Shown here piece after piece: positions 1-8,673 of a stretch of 64,000 nt of DNA. How positions within the stretch are numbered: position 1 is the stretch's first letter; every line of letters starts with the position of its first letter. Both the position numbers and the translations under genes were made by a program. The DNA is from Blastocatellia bacterium. Lineage in GTDB: Bacteria; Acidobacteriota; Blastocatellia; UBA7656. The notes under the pieces were generated by a model. It had not been told where the DNA came from and did no database searches. It saw only the letters and a list, made by a program, of their open reading frames with translations. Where the stretch lies: assembly GCA_963765495.1 (NCBI GenBank), contig CAVXWP010000007.1, forward strand, positions 64,001 through 128,000, given 5' to 3'.

Positions 1-1
1 G

Positions 2-1087
2 AAAGGCGTGGGCGAAGGAAAAGACTCTGAGGGGTCAGACTGGATCATCAAAGTCCTGGAGCAGAATGATAAGCGTCCACTCTGGGTATCGGTATGGGGC
101 GGGTCAAACGCGTTGGCTCAGGCGCTCCACAAAATCAGGGATACCCGAAGCGAAGAGGATGCGAAACGATTGTTCGCGAAGCTTAGGGTCTATACTATTT
201 CAGACCAGGACGACAGCGGTATTTGGATCAGGAAAAACTTTCCTGATTTGTTCTATATAGTAAGTCCCGGCGGCTATGGTGCGGCAACCTGGACAGGCAT
301 CAACCAGGTGGTGACAGGAATTGACAATTCGACCATCAGCAACAAATGGATTGCTGACAACATCCAGCAGGGGCATGGCCCCTTGGGTTCCCTGTATCCA
401 GACGTAGCCTATGGCCTTGAAGGCGACACGCCATCTTGGCTGTCGTTGATCCCGAACGGCCTGAATGCCCCGGAACATCCAGACTGGGGTGGCTGGGGCG
501 GACGCTATGAGCTATATCGCCCCGAGTTGTCGGCGATGGATCCGCAAGGTTTCACCGGCGGCGTGCCGGTCGAGCCGGAGCCGCGTGCGATTTGGACCAA
601 TGCGATAGATGAATACGCTCCACCTGTGTCCGGCGAATATGGCCGCGCTACTCACAACGGCCAGAAATCCTTTAAGGACTATCGGGTGACGCTCTGGCGC
701 TGGAGGGATGATTTTCAGAACGATTTCGCCGCGCGAATGGACTGGACCATCAAGCCCTATGAGGAGGCCAATCATCCGCCAATCGTGGTCCTCAACCATT
801 CTGAAACCATCACGGTGAGGGCCGGTGAATATCTTCAACTGGATGCTCGTGATACAACGGATCCAGACGGCGATAGTCTCAGCTTCTACTGGTTCCAGTA
901 TCCCGAGGCCGGGACCTATAGAGGACCGATCTCGTTTTTCGGAGCCGAGAACCTGGCTCGAATCGGTTTGGTCTTTCCTAAGGCTGAGAAAAAGGAAACA
1001 GCGCACATCATCCTAAGAGTCACAGACAAAGGAAGTCCGGCACTTTCGAGGTACAGACGGGTGATCGTTACGATACTTCCCGAATGA
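2..1087 (+). CDS. DUF1593 / nucleoside-hydrolase-like domain protein with C-terminal Ig/PKD-like domain (5' truncated by window edge)
   Basis: Frame is open from the window start. Motifs RPLWVSVWGG, ISDQDD, EGDTPS, GGWGGRY, DFAARMDW, ANHPP and DPDGD. Confidence 0.85.
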   Translation, partial: KGVGEGKDSEGSDWIIKVLEQNDKRPLWVSVWGGSNALAQALHKIRDTRSEEDAKRLFAKLRVYTISDQDDSGIWIRKNFPDLFYIVSPGGYGAATWTGINQVVTGIDNSTISNKWIADNIQQGHGPLGSLYPDVAYGLEGDTPSWLSLIPNGLNAPEHPDWGGWGGRYELYRPELSAMDPQGFTGGVPVEPEPRAIWTNAIDEYAPPVSGEYGRATHNGQKSFKDYRVTLWRWRDDFQNDFAARMDWTIKPYEEANHPPIVVLNHSETITVRAGEYLQLDARDTTDPDGDSLSFYWFQYPEAGTYRGPISFFGAENLARIGLVFPKAEKKETAHIILRVTDKGSPALSRYRRVIVTILPE

Positions 1088-1099
1088 TGAGTTAGTACC

Positions 1100-1164
1100 G
1101 TCAAACAATCTCGTGAACCGGAGCGCGCGAAGCGAGTTTCTTCTCATTTCACAAGTGCCGTTCG
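1100..1164 (+). other. Possible truncated attC-like site (left half only)
   Basis: GTCAAAC (one mismatch to RYYYAAC) lies 13 nt after the stop codon, followed by ACCGGAGCGCGCGAAGCGAG. No right arm or GTTRRRY found. Confidence 0.3.
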
Positions 1165-1353
1165 AGCATTGTAAAGATGAGAAAACAAATAGCCGGGCCG
1201 AACATGCCTCAACACATCAGGCCCGGCTCAAGTGTGCTACCACGGCACAATGTAAATTCCAGCCACGGACGCAGACCCTTGCGTGATATACATTTAGGCT
1301 CGCTCACTCTCCCAGCAATTCCTGTTATGGATAAATCCTGGGCTCACTCAATT

Positions 1354-1369
1354 TGGCAAGTGGTTTGCT
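1354..1369 (+). promoter_or_regulatory. Putative sigma54 (-24/-12) promoter
   Basis: TGGCAA-GTGGT-TTGCT has the exact GG-N10-GC spacing and lies ~115 nt upstream of the second DUF1593 gene. Confidence 0.5.
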
Positions 1370-1483
1370 ACTGTCAATTGCTTATCAAACCGATTGTACT
1401 TAAAATCAGAACTCCTGGGGGAAGCTAATTCTGGCTCAGGTGGCTTCAGTTACCCAGACAAAAGCCTTTAGGAGAACGTAAAC

Positions 1484-2629
1484 TTGAAACCGTACCTTGC
1501 GATAATCATATTTTACCTGCTTGTCACATCTGCGTTTGCGCAGGAAGGAACTCCGCGTTTCGAGGCGGGCGTGCATTCTACGCCTGTCACATTTGATCAT
1601 TCGGACGTATCGAGTAGCTCCACAGCACCGCGCGTGATCATCTCGTCGGACTTTCCACCTCTGGACGTTATCCCTGTAAAAGCATGCAAGAAAGGCGATC
1701 CGCCCGAGAAATGCAGCGACCCGGATGATGTGCAGTCGATGGTGCGATTTCTGCTTTACACAAATGAGTTCGACGTCGAGGGTCTGCTGGCTTCGTCAGG
1801 CACCTTTGCCAACGTGGCAAATAAAAAGAACATTCTGGACATGCTGGACCTCTACGACAAGGTGGATGAGAACCTGAGGCGGCATGATGGTCGCTACCCA
1901 ACCGCTGACAGTTTGCGTTCCGTCACCTGGGAGGGGCGCTCAGGCACGTGGGGCACGCCCAGCTTTGGCGTACCCGCTAAGACGCTCGACCAGCTTCTCG
2001 GCGACGGCAAGGATAGCGAGGCTTCAAACGCGATTATCGGCATCGTGGACCGGCCAGACCCACGGCCGGTTTGGATTTGCGTCTGGGGCGGTTCGCGCGA
2101 GGTGGCGCAAGCCATCTGGAAAGTGAGAACAACGCGCAGCCCTGCCGAACTGGAACGCTTTCTTGGCAAGCTGCGCATCTACTTAATCGCAAAACAGGAC
2201 ACTACGACGCAGTGGCTACTGGATTCCTTCCCGAAACTTTTCATCATCCTCTCGGAGAAGAATTACATGGGAATGTTTTGGAGCATGCCCGGCGGCGATA
2301 CGAAGGTCGCTGACCTGGCGTGGGTCAACGTCAACATTCGCAAGGGACACGGACCTTTAGGCCAGGCTTACCCGCAAAGCGGCTGGGATCCAAAGGTTCC
2401 GGGCGTGTGGGAAGGAGACACGCCGTCGTTCTTGCACCTGGTCAGCGCGATTCGCGGGCTGAACGATCCTGAAAAGCCCGACCAGGGGGGATGGGGCGGA
2501 AAATTCGTGCGCCCCGACTCTTCCAGGAATCATTGGTTTGATGATCCGGCTGGCACGCAAACCGTTTCCCGCTTTCGCCCTCAAGTCCAAGCGGAATTCG
2601 CCCTTCGGGCGGACTGGATGCTGCCGTGA
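1484..2629 (+). CDS. Secreted DUF1593 domain protein
   Basis: AGGAGA RBS with TTG start; signal peptide ending AFA-Q. Motifs DPDDVQSMVRFLLY, VWGG, EGDTPSF and GGWGG. Confidence 0.85.
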   Translation: MKPYLAIIIFYLLVTSAFAQEGTPRFEAGVHSTPVTFDHSDVSSSSTAPRVIISSDFPPLDVIPVKACKKGDPPEKCSDPDDVQSMVRFLLYTNEFDVEGLLASSGTFANVANKKNILDMLDLYDKVDENLRRHDGRYPTADSLRSVTWEGRSGTWGTPSFGVPAKTLDQLLGDGKDSEASNAIIGIVDRPDPRPVWICVWGGSREVAQAIWKVRTTRSPAELERFLGKLRIYLIAKQDTTTQWLLDSFPKLFIILSEKNYMGMFWSMPGGDTKVADLAWVNVNIRKGHGPLGQAYPQSGWDPKVPGVWEGDTPSFLHLVSAIRGLNDPEKPDQGGWGGKFVRPDSSRNHWFDDPAGTQTVSRFRPQVQAEFALRADWMLP

Positions 2630-2917
2630 GGAGTACCCTGGTACGAGCGGAAAATCCAATAATTACGATCATAGACACAGCCTGGCTGCTCATTCCAGCG
2701 GACGCGCATTCAAGCTATTCGTTATTCCCAATGTGAAGCGGGGCGCTCGCATCGCCCCGGCTGATTCACCTGCTTGCTTTCCCTTATGTATCCTCTGTGG
2801 CAGTCTGCTCTTCACTGCCAGTCAAATGTTTCTCCATTACCTCACGCTACACGCACCCGACCGATGAGAGCAAACGGCGGGCAATCGCGGCGTTGAGCGG
2901 CCAGGCGAGGAAATCTG

Positions 2918-2935
2918 GTCACAAAAACGTCACAA
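2918..2935 (+). promoter_or_regulatory. Direct repeat GTCACAA-N4-GTCACAA (OmpR/PhoB-type box-like)
   Basis: 11-bp-period direct repeat in the long intergenic region upstream of the LytTR gene. Confidence 0.25.
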
Positions 2936-3227
2936 TCGATATTTCGCCCCGCACGAGCAAAGTGGGGTAATAGTGTGATTTGAACAAATAAAGGTTGGTG
3001 GGACCGAGTAGGATACATCTTTTTACATGATTTAACATTCCTGTGAGGACTCTTTACACCTAAACGATTATCATAGCCCCAGATGCACTAACTGAAGAGG
3101 AATGGAAAGAAGCTCCCGTTCTTCTAGAGTGATTCGATACTGATCGTCGCATCAGCGAGCGGTCAACCGACGCGACGATCAGTAATTTGTAAAATCCGTG
3201 CGCATCTCTCGCAAAGGAGCAGTGAAA

Positions 3228-4007
3228 ATGTTGGCAGAGACGAGTATACGGACATTGATTGTGGATCAGGAAAGCACCGCGCGCGCGCAGATTCGAAACC
3301 TTCTGAGGGGCGACCCTGAGATGGAGATCATCGGAGACTGCACGAGCGGAAACGACGCGGTAAAAGCTGTGCGCGAACATTCGCCCGATCTGGTCTTTCT
3401 GGATGTGATGATGCCGGAAAGAGATGGTTTTGAAGTGATGGAAGCCTTCGATGATGAGACAAGGCCCGCCTTCATTTTCGTGACGGCTTGCGATCAATAC
3501 GCGGTGCGGGCGTTTGAATTGAGCGCCCTCGATTATCTATTGAAACCCTTCGAGCGCCCACGCTTCGACAGGGCCGTCGAAAGGGCAAAGACACAGATAC
3601 TTTACAGGCGAACGGCCGCGCTCAACCGGCAGATATTATCTGCTCTGGAAGGAATAAAAAGCGAAGGCTCGCATCTTGAACGCCTGGTCATAAAATCGAA
3701 CGGACGAATCTTTTTCATAAAGGTGGAAGAGATTGACTGGATCGAGGCCGAAGGCAATTATGTGCGACTGCACGCGGGCAAACAGAGCTACCTGCTGCGC
3801 GACACTCTGAGCTCGCTCGAAGCCCAGCTTGACCAGAACTGTTTCGCGCGCGTTCATCGTTCGGCGATTGTCAATATAGATCGCATACAGGAATTGCAGC
3901 CGTGGTTTCACGGAGAGTATCGCGTGCTCCTTCAAGACGGCGTCGAACTCACGCTTACGCGAACCTACAGAGACAGGCTGAATGAACACCTGGGATTGAA
4001 TATGTAG
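3228..4007 (+). CDS. LytTR family two-component response regulator
   Basis: REC domain (PDLVFLDVMMP, FVTA, DYLLKP) plus LytTR domain (IDWIEAEGNYV, FARVHRSAIVN). AAGGAG RBS precedes ATG 3228. Confidence 0.93.
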   Translation: MLAETSIRTLIVDQESTARAQIRNLLRGDPEMEIIGDCTSGNDAVKAVREHSPDLVFLDVMMPERDGFEVMEAFDDETRPAFIFVTACDQYAVRAFELSALDYLLKPFERPRFDRAVERAKTQILYRRTAALNRQILSALEGIKSEGSHLERLVIKSNGRIFFIKVEEIDWIEAEGNYVRLHAGKQSYLLRDTLSSLEAQLDQNCFARVHRSAIVNIDRIQELQPWFHGEYRVLLQDGVELTLTRTYRDRLNEHLGLNM

Positions 4008-4028
4008 CCCTTCCGAAAGGTGGACATT

Positions 4029-4211
4029 ATGAAGAACAAACTTATGAAGCGGGTTGCTGTTTATGCGCTTGTCGCGCTGATAATCGTAGTGCTTCAGACG
4101 GTTTCGATGATTGCTCAGTGGCGGGTGGAATCAATCTGGCACCCCTCGATTCGTCAAACGGTTTATTTTGAGAGCCTGGATCGAATTACAATATGGCAGG
4201 GCTACGAATAA
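4029..4211 (+). CDS. Small hypothetical membrane or secreted protein
   Basis: 60 aa with a basic N-terminus and hydrophobic stretch, directly after the LytTR gene. Confidence 0.35.
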   Translation: MKNKLMKRVAVYALVALIIVVLQTVSMIAQWRVESIWHPSIRQTVYFESLDRITIWQGYE

Positions 4212-4245
4212 ATGCCGATACACGGTGAGCTTGATTGATATAAGA

Positions 4246-4890
4246 CTAAAAGAAGCGGTAATGGCCTATGATCTGCCAGGAAAAAAGTTCGTCTTCCACC
4301 CTTGCGCCCGCGCCTATGTTATGAACTATTTTGTACCGCCCGTCGCCTGCGCCCGGCACGTTTGTGACGATGCCTATATGCAGGAGACCGTTTCCCAGAT
4401 TCCAGGCTACGACATCTCCGGGCCGATAATCCCGCGCTTCATCCGTGATCGCGAGCGCCTTTCCCTTTCGCTTGAAATAGGTCATGAGATTTGCAACACG
4501 GCGATGGTCTATATTCGGGTCGGGGTGGGAAAGCCCCCATCGGTTGGGATAAGAGGCGAAATCGCGCGCCATATCTTCGTGGACTTCCTTTTGTAAATCC
4601 ACGCCTGCTTTTCGAAAGGCCCGAATCACGACATCTGAGCATACGCCTCTGTCGAGCGGAACATCGCCGCCCGGATAATCGAGCTTTACATAAGAAGGGT
4701 CATAGCTGAAGGTATAGCCGGTCTGATCTATCGCGGCCTCAACCATCTTTCTGAGAACGGGCGATTCGATCCGGGTCCGCGCCTGAGCCGCTACCGATTC
4801 GGAATAGGCCCGACGCCCGCAGCCGGACGAAAGAGCGGTCAGGCTTGCGAGCAGAAGAGAGCCAATGATTGCCGCGCGTCTGGGATTCAT
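4246..4890 (-). CDS. DUF1287 (YijF-like, NlpC/P60-related) lipoprotein
   Basis: YDPSYVKLDYPGGDVP, GVCSDVVIRAFR, DPNIDHRRV and HIGIV motifs; lipobox-like SSGC. Confidence 0.88.
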   Translation of the reverse strand: MNPRRAAIIGSLLLASLTALSSGCGRRAYSESVAAQARTRIESPVLRKMVEAAIDQTGYTFSYDPSYVKLDYPGGDVPLDRGVCSDVVIRAFRKAGVDLQKEVHEDMARDFASYPNRWGLSHPDPNIDHRRVANLMTYFKRKGKALAITDEARDYRPGDVVAWNLGNGLLHIGIVTNVPGAGDGRYKIVHNIGAGARVEDELFSWQIIGHYRFF

Positions 4891-5348
4891 TCGAGTACTC
4901 TTACGGGCTGCCCGATTGACAGATGTCCTGTTTGAATTATCCTGGCCGACAGACGCGATTCGCCCGGGTGGAGCTTTTGCGAGATGCGGTCAAAATAGCC
5001 GTCTATGAATGACTCCGCGATGGTGCCGCAAGGCGCGGCGTACCCGCTGATTTCTATCACCACCTCTTTGCCCAGGGCGAGCCGGTTGCCCGGTTCGAGC
5101 CTGCTCCAATCCAATCCCCGGATGGTTACGTTCTCGCCGGTCGAGCCCGGATAGATGGGATGTCCCGCCTCTTGCAGCCGCATTATGCACTCAAGCGAGT
5201 AGAGGCACAGCGCCCTGTCCGGCCCGCCGTGAGTCTTGCGCAGTTGCCGGTCGTCGACCAGGCCGGTTGGAGTGAGAAGGGCTTCGCGGGATGCAATCTT
5301 TGGGACCCCGCCCGGCGAGCTGTTTAGTTGAAAAATATATCCGTTCAT
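4887..5348 (-). CDS. MOSC domain protein (YiiM-like)
   Basis: GGVPK, HGGPDRALCLY, GENVT and APC motifs; 4-bp overlap with the downstream gene. Confidence 0.88.
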   Translation of the reverse strand: MNGYIFQLNSSPGGVPKIASREALLTPTGLVDDRQLRKTHGGPDRALCLYSLECIMRLQEAGHPIYPGSTGENVTIRGLDWSRLEPGNRLALGKEVVIEISGYAAPCGTIAESFIDGYFDRISQKLHPGESRLSARIIQTGHLSIGQPVRVLE

Positions 5349-5407
5349 AACAAGATCGCTGGTTCAGCCGAAAGGCGAATTGTTTATACCTCGTCGGATT
5401 GGAGAGC

Positions 5408-5435
5408 AAAAAAGAGCGGGCCATTCCCCGCTCTT
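5408..5435 (-). terminator. Rho-independent terminator
   Basis: AAGAGCGGG/CCCGCTCTT stem followed by a T-run on the minus strand, just after the 5443 stop. Confidence 0.6.
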
Positions 5436-5442
5436 CTCCTTG

Positions 5443-6534
5443 TTATCTCAGGGCAATAAGCTGGTTTATGCGGTTTCGCATGGCCGAAACATAGATAGTT
5501 GTTTCCGAGGCTGAAAATCCGCCCGCGCGAAACGCATCGCTCAGTTGCTTATCCGACAGTCGCCCAAGAAGCTGACCCATCCATCGAGCGTTTTCAACCG
5601 TGATGCCTTCGAGCACTTCCGGGCTTTTGCCCTTATAGTGAAAATGGACTACGCCGTTGCTCACCCCGTCTATGAATGCCTGATCGGCATACCCTTCGGG
5701 GTCTCCCTTTGTCCCGGCCGGAGCGCTGCCAAAGAACGGGAGCTTGTTGAAAAAAGACCCGGTAGAGCCGAGTGTCCCGCCAAGGTCTGCCACATAATAG
5801 ACGCGCTTCATACGGTCGCCGCCGCTCTCTTTGTTGGGGCGCACGATCTTGTTATTCGGCTCTTTGAGGTCCCAGTTGTTGAGCAGAACCATCAAGACCT
5901 TCAGACCCTGAAGCTCGCGTGTTTGCGTGAAGGGATTTGCCTCCCATTTCCAGAGACCGATCTCTTTGTATCCGTCATCACGCGACTCGAACCTCACGTC
6001 CCAAACGTCAAAGCCGCCACGGCCTTCGATGTGAGTCTTGCTCACAAAGTAATCCTGATCTACGTGATAGCCCACGGCCCAGGCGATGCGGGTAGCGGCG
6101 GTCTCAGGTTTTGTTTCCGGGCCGAACTTCACGGTCCAGCTTCGCCCCTTATCATCATCCACGATTATTTTTTCGGATGTGCCAGAGGTTGAGCGGCGTT
6201 TGAAAGTGAATTTGCCCGAAGGGTCGGGCGCGCCTTCGCTGCCGCCCAGCCCGTAAAAAAGATCCCGGCTTTCAAGGTCTGCAGGCTCGGTCCACAAGAC
6301 CGGGGTCCCTATATTTGGATTGTCTACATCCTTATTTTCGTCCTTGTCTTTTTTATCTTTTTTATCTTTCTTGTCTTTCTTGTCTTTCTTATCTTTCTTG
6401 TCCTTGTCTTTCTTTTTTTCGTTCTTGTCCGTATCCTGAGCGCGAGCGATTACACTCACATAGCCGAGCGATGACGGACCGGCCAGCAAGCCTAACATCA
6501 GTAACGCGCAGATAACTTTTATTCTAAATGACAT
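5443..6534 (-). CDS. Secreted hypothetical protein with (KKD)n tract and protein-kinase-like motifs
   Basis: Signal peptide ending ARA-Q, KKD repeats, then WTVKFG..E, NNWDLKEPNN and YVADLG. Confidence 0.75.
   Translation of the reverse strand: MSFRIKVICALLMLGLLAGPSSLGYVSVIARAQDTDKNEKKKDKDKKDKKDKKDKKDKKDKKDKDENKDVDNPNIGTPVLWTEPADLESRDLFYGLGGSEGAPDPSGKFTFKRRSTSGTSEKIIVDDDKGRSWTVKFGPETKPETAATRIAWAVGYHVDQDYFVSKTHIEGRGGFDVWDVRFESRDDGYKEIGLWKWEANPFTQTRELQGLKVLMVLLNNWDLKEPNNKIVRPNKESGGDRMKRVYYVADLGGTLGSTGSFFNKLPFFGSAPAGTKGDPEGYADQAFIDGVSNGVVHFHYKGKSPEVLEGITVENARWMGQLLGRLSDKQLSDAFRAGGFSASETTIYVSAMRNRINQLIALR
6340..6420 (-). repeat. 9-bp coding tandem repeat encoding (KKD)n
   Basis: TCTTTCTTG / TCTTTTTTA units on the plus strand. 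Confidence 0.85.
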
Positions 6535-6730
6535 GGTTTTCCACCCTCCTACCTTATCTGAGCCAGCCTGCTCATTATACGCATTGTGCCGCGCGCTAGA
6601 AAAGAGCTATATCGCCGCCTTCGGCTCCGCAGGCGTATTTTTTCCGGCCAGAGAGTTCGGGTGAGGTTTTGCGTTTTTTCTTTCGAAGGAAAAGAAAAAG
6701 GACAGGCCCTGCGCCTGTCCTTTGAAAAGG

Positions 6731-6766
6731 CAGTCGAAGCGATTCTCACAGTCGAAGCGATTCTCA
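6731..6766. repeat. Perfect 18-bp tandem duplication CAGTCGAAGCGATTCTCA x2
   Basis: Read directly; overlaps the stop codon of the 6764-7687 gene. Confidence 0.9.
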
Positions 6767-7687
6767 GTTCGCGCGTTCTATGTAATCGCCTATGTTGACC
6801 TCGGCAGTCGTTCTGGTTATGAGCGCGACCGAAGTGTTCTTTTCGACTTTCAGTATAATAAGCTCGCCCATGACTTTGCGCGGCAGCTTCGGGCGCGTGC
6901 GCAGCACTTCGTTTTGATGTACGCGGGATGCCTCAATAGACAGGTCTCCACCCCGATAATGCCCGCTGCCGTAATCCTTGCTGCGTTTCTTGACTATGTT
7001 ATCGGTAGGCATGGTGGCTATTCTCTCGCTGCCGCCGATCTCGCGAAAGATCGTGAAGTAATCGCCTGTGTGCACATCCTGTCTCGATCCGAGGTCGATG
7101 TAGACTACACGGTTGGCCGAAAGATATTCGCTGTAATTAGGCGACATTACGATCTGGCCTTTGACGCCTCCCGATCCTTCCCCGTATCTGGGCAGAGGCT
7201 GGGCGTCGCGCGGGTCGGGTGATTCCATCTCTTCGTATGGTTTGAGCAGATCGCCAAAAGTTACCATGTCGCACGATATTATTATCTCTGCCGTCGAGGT
7301 CTCTTCCTGCACCTCTATAACGCGGAGCATGCCCATCTCGCGCACGAGGCAACCGAGCCGTTTCTTTGTGAACGGGTGGGTTACGTCTCCGAGCGGGCGG
7401 ATTATGTAATAGACTGCGCCGGGCTGGACCCCGCCTTTTCGCCCCTTGTTCAGATAGACGACCTCGCCCTGCCAGAAGGAACTCTTAAAGTTTTCTCTTT
7501 CGCCTCCGATGATCTGCAAATCGGCGCTCGGAGCTACGTCTGCGATATATCCTGTGCAATATAAGTCGGCCCGTCTGGCTACGGGATCATTCTGGTCGGA
7601 CGATTCTTTTTGAGCTACGACCGCTTTTGTAAACGGCAACACGAACAGGGCTGCCAGCACGATGATGACGCGGGCTGATATTTTCAT
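6764..7687 (-). CDS. Secreted hypothetical protein (two beta-rich repeats, FlgT-C / LysM-associated-like)
   Basis: GAGGAG RBS and signal peptide. Duplicated VVYLNKG..GVQPG / VVYIDLG..DVHTG motif. Confidence 0.7.
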   Translation of the reverse strand: MKISARVIIVLAALFVLPFTKAVVAQKESSDQNDPVARRADLYCTGYIADVAPSADLQIIGGERENFKSSFWQGEVVYLNKGRKGGVQPGAVYYIIRPLGDVTHPFTKKRLGCLVREMGMLRVIEVQEETSTAEIIISCDMVTFGDLLKPYEEMESPDPRDAQPLPRYGEGSGGVKGQIVMSPNYSEYLSANRVVYIDLGSRQDVHTGDYFTIFREIGGSERIATMPTDNIVKKRSKDYGSGHYRGGDLSIEASRVHQNEVLRTRPKLPRKVMGELIILKVEKNTSVALITRTTAEVNIGDYIERAN

Positions 7688-7763
7688 TGCTACTCCTCAC
7701 TTGATCATTGGAAGCTGATTGAAAGAAACCTACAGGGGCAGGATTAAAAAATTACCTGCCCGC

Positions 7764-7792
7764 AAAGTACCAAACTCCCATACCCAAGTCAA
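7764..7792 (-). promoter_or_regulatory. sigma70-type promoter
   Basis: TTGACT-17 bp-TACTTT on the minus strand upstream of 7687. Confidence 0.5.
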
Positions 7793-7841
7793 CACTTAAA
7801 TCAGGAGCCCGGTGGGCGCACTCCGGGCCATCAGGGCCATA

Positions 7842-7982
7842 CCAGGACCATTCAGTTTTGACCTGCGCGCAGAAATCGAAGGGTGACTTGAAGCAAGGTC
7901 GGCTAAAAACAGGCCGCATCCGCGTCCGTCCCGGTCTGTTTCACTTTTCATCATCCAAATTTTGAAAACTGAATGACTCTGG
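7842..7982. mobile_element. MITE-like element with ~18-bp imperfect TIRs (copy 1)
   Basis: CCAGGACCATTCAGTTTT ... AAAACTGAATGACTCTGG; the same TIR recurs at 60125-60228. Confidence 0.5.
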
Positions 7983-8020
7983 GATACTAAAGGAGCAGAG
8001 CGGATTTTTCCTCAATTGGC

Positions 8021-8048
8021 TTGACAGCAAATCAAATAAGACGATAAT
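8021..8048 (+). promoter_or_regulatory. sigma70-type promoter
   Basis: TTGACA-16 bp-GATAAT, ~230 nt upstream of the zinc-ribbon gene. Confidence 0.55.
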
Positions 8049-8276
8049 GGCAGCAGTTATATCAGGTTGGAATTTTATTGCGAGCTGGATTTTTATTGTA
8101 AGGCACCGGGTGATGAGCAAGGGTTCAGAGAACGAAAAGCAGGTGGGTAGGTTCTTCGGGACGTTAAAAGATTGTCCTTAACACAACTCGCCACCAATAA
8201 AAGCTTGTAAGGTCAGGTTTGTCATCTCCGAATACTGCTGCTGCCGGCCCGGAAGAACAAGGTAAGGAGGCCCACA

Positions 8277-8618
8277 GTGTACGAATATTCTGACAAGGTT
8301 CTTATTTGCGTAGATTGCAGTGAGGAATTTATCTTCACCGCCGGTGAACAACTCTTTTTTGCAGACAAAGGATTAAAGAACGACCCCAAACGTTGCAAAC
8401 CCTGCAAGGTGAAAAAGAATGAAAGGATAGCGGCCAACATGCAGGCTTACGGGCAGCCCTATACCCGCGAGCGGGTCGAGGTAACGGTCAAATGCGCGCT
8501 TTGCGGCATTGAAACCACCGTTCCTTTCAAGCCTACGCAGGGGAGGCCCGTCTATTGCCGCGATTGCTTTTTGAGAATGCGCGCCTCGACGGCGCACGCT
8601 CACGCGCCGCTCCCTTAA
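8277..8618 (+). CDS. Zinc-ribbon (zf-trcl) plus CxxC-x17-CxxC domain protein
   Basis: AAGGAGG RBS with GTG start. DKVLICVDC..FIFTAGEQLFF..PKRCKPC and CALCG..VPFKP..RPVYCRDC. Confidence 0.9.
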   Translation: MYEYSDKVLICVDCSEEFIFTAGEQLFFADKGLKNDPKRCKPCKVKKNERIAANMQAYGQPYTRERVEVTVKCALCGIETTVPFKPTQGRPVYCRDCFLRMRASTAHAHAPLP

Positions 8619-8673
8619 CCGGAACGGGTCGAATCCGTCAGTACAAAGGCAATGAGGCTTTAAAGAATAGCGA

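Noticed and set aside
1177-1428. 83-aa ORF between the DUF1593 genes
   Set aside because: No RBS or motif; it overlaps a hairpin (1191-1229) and the sigma54-like promoter.
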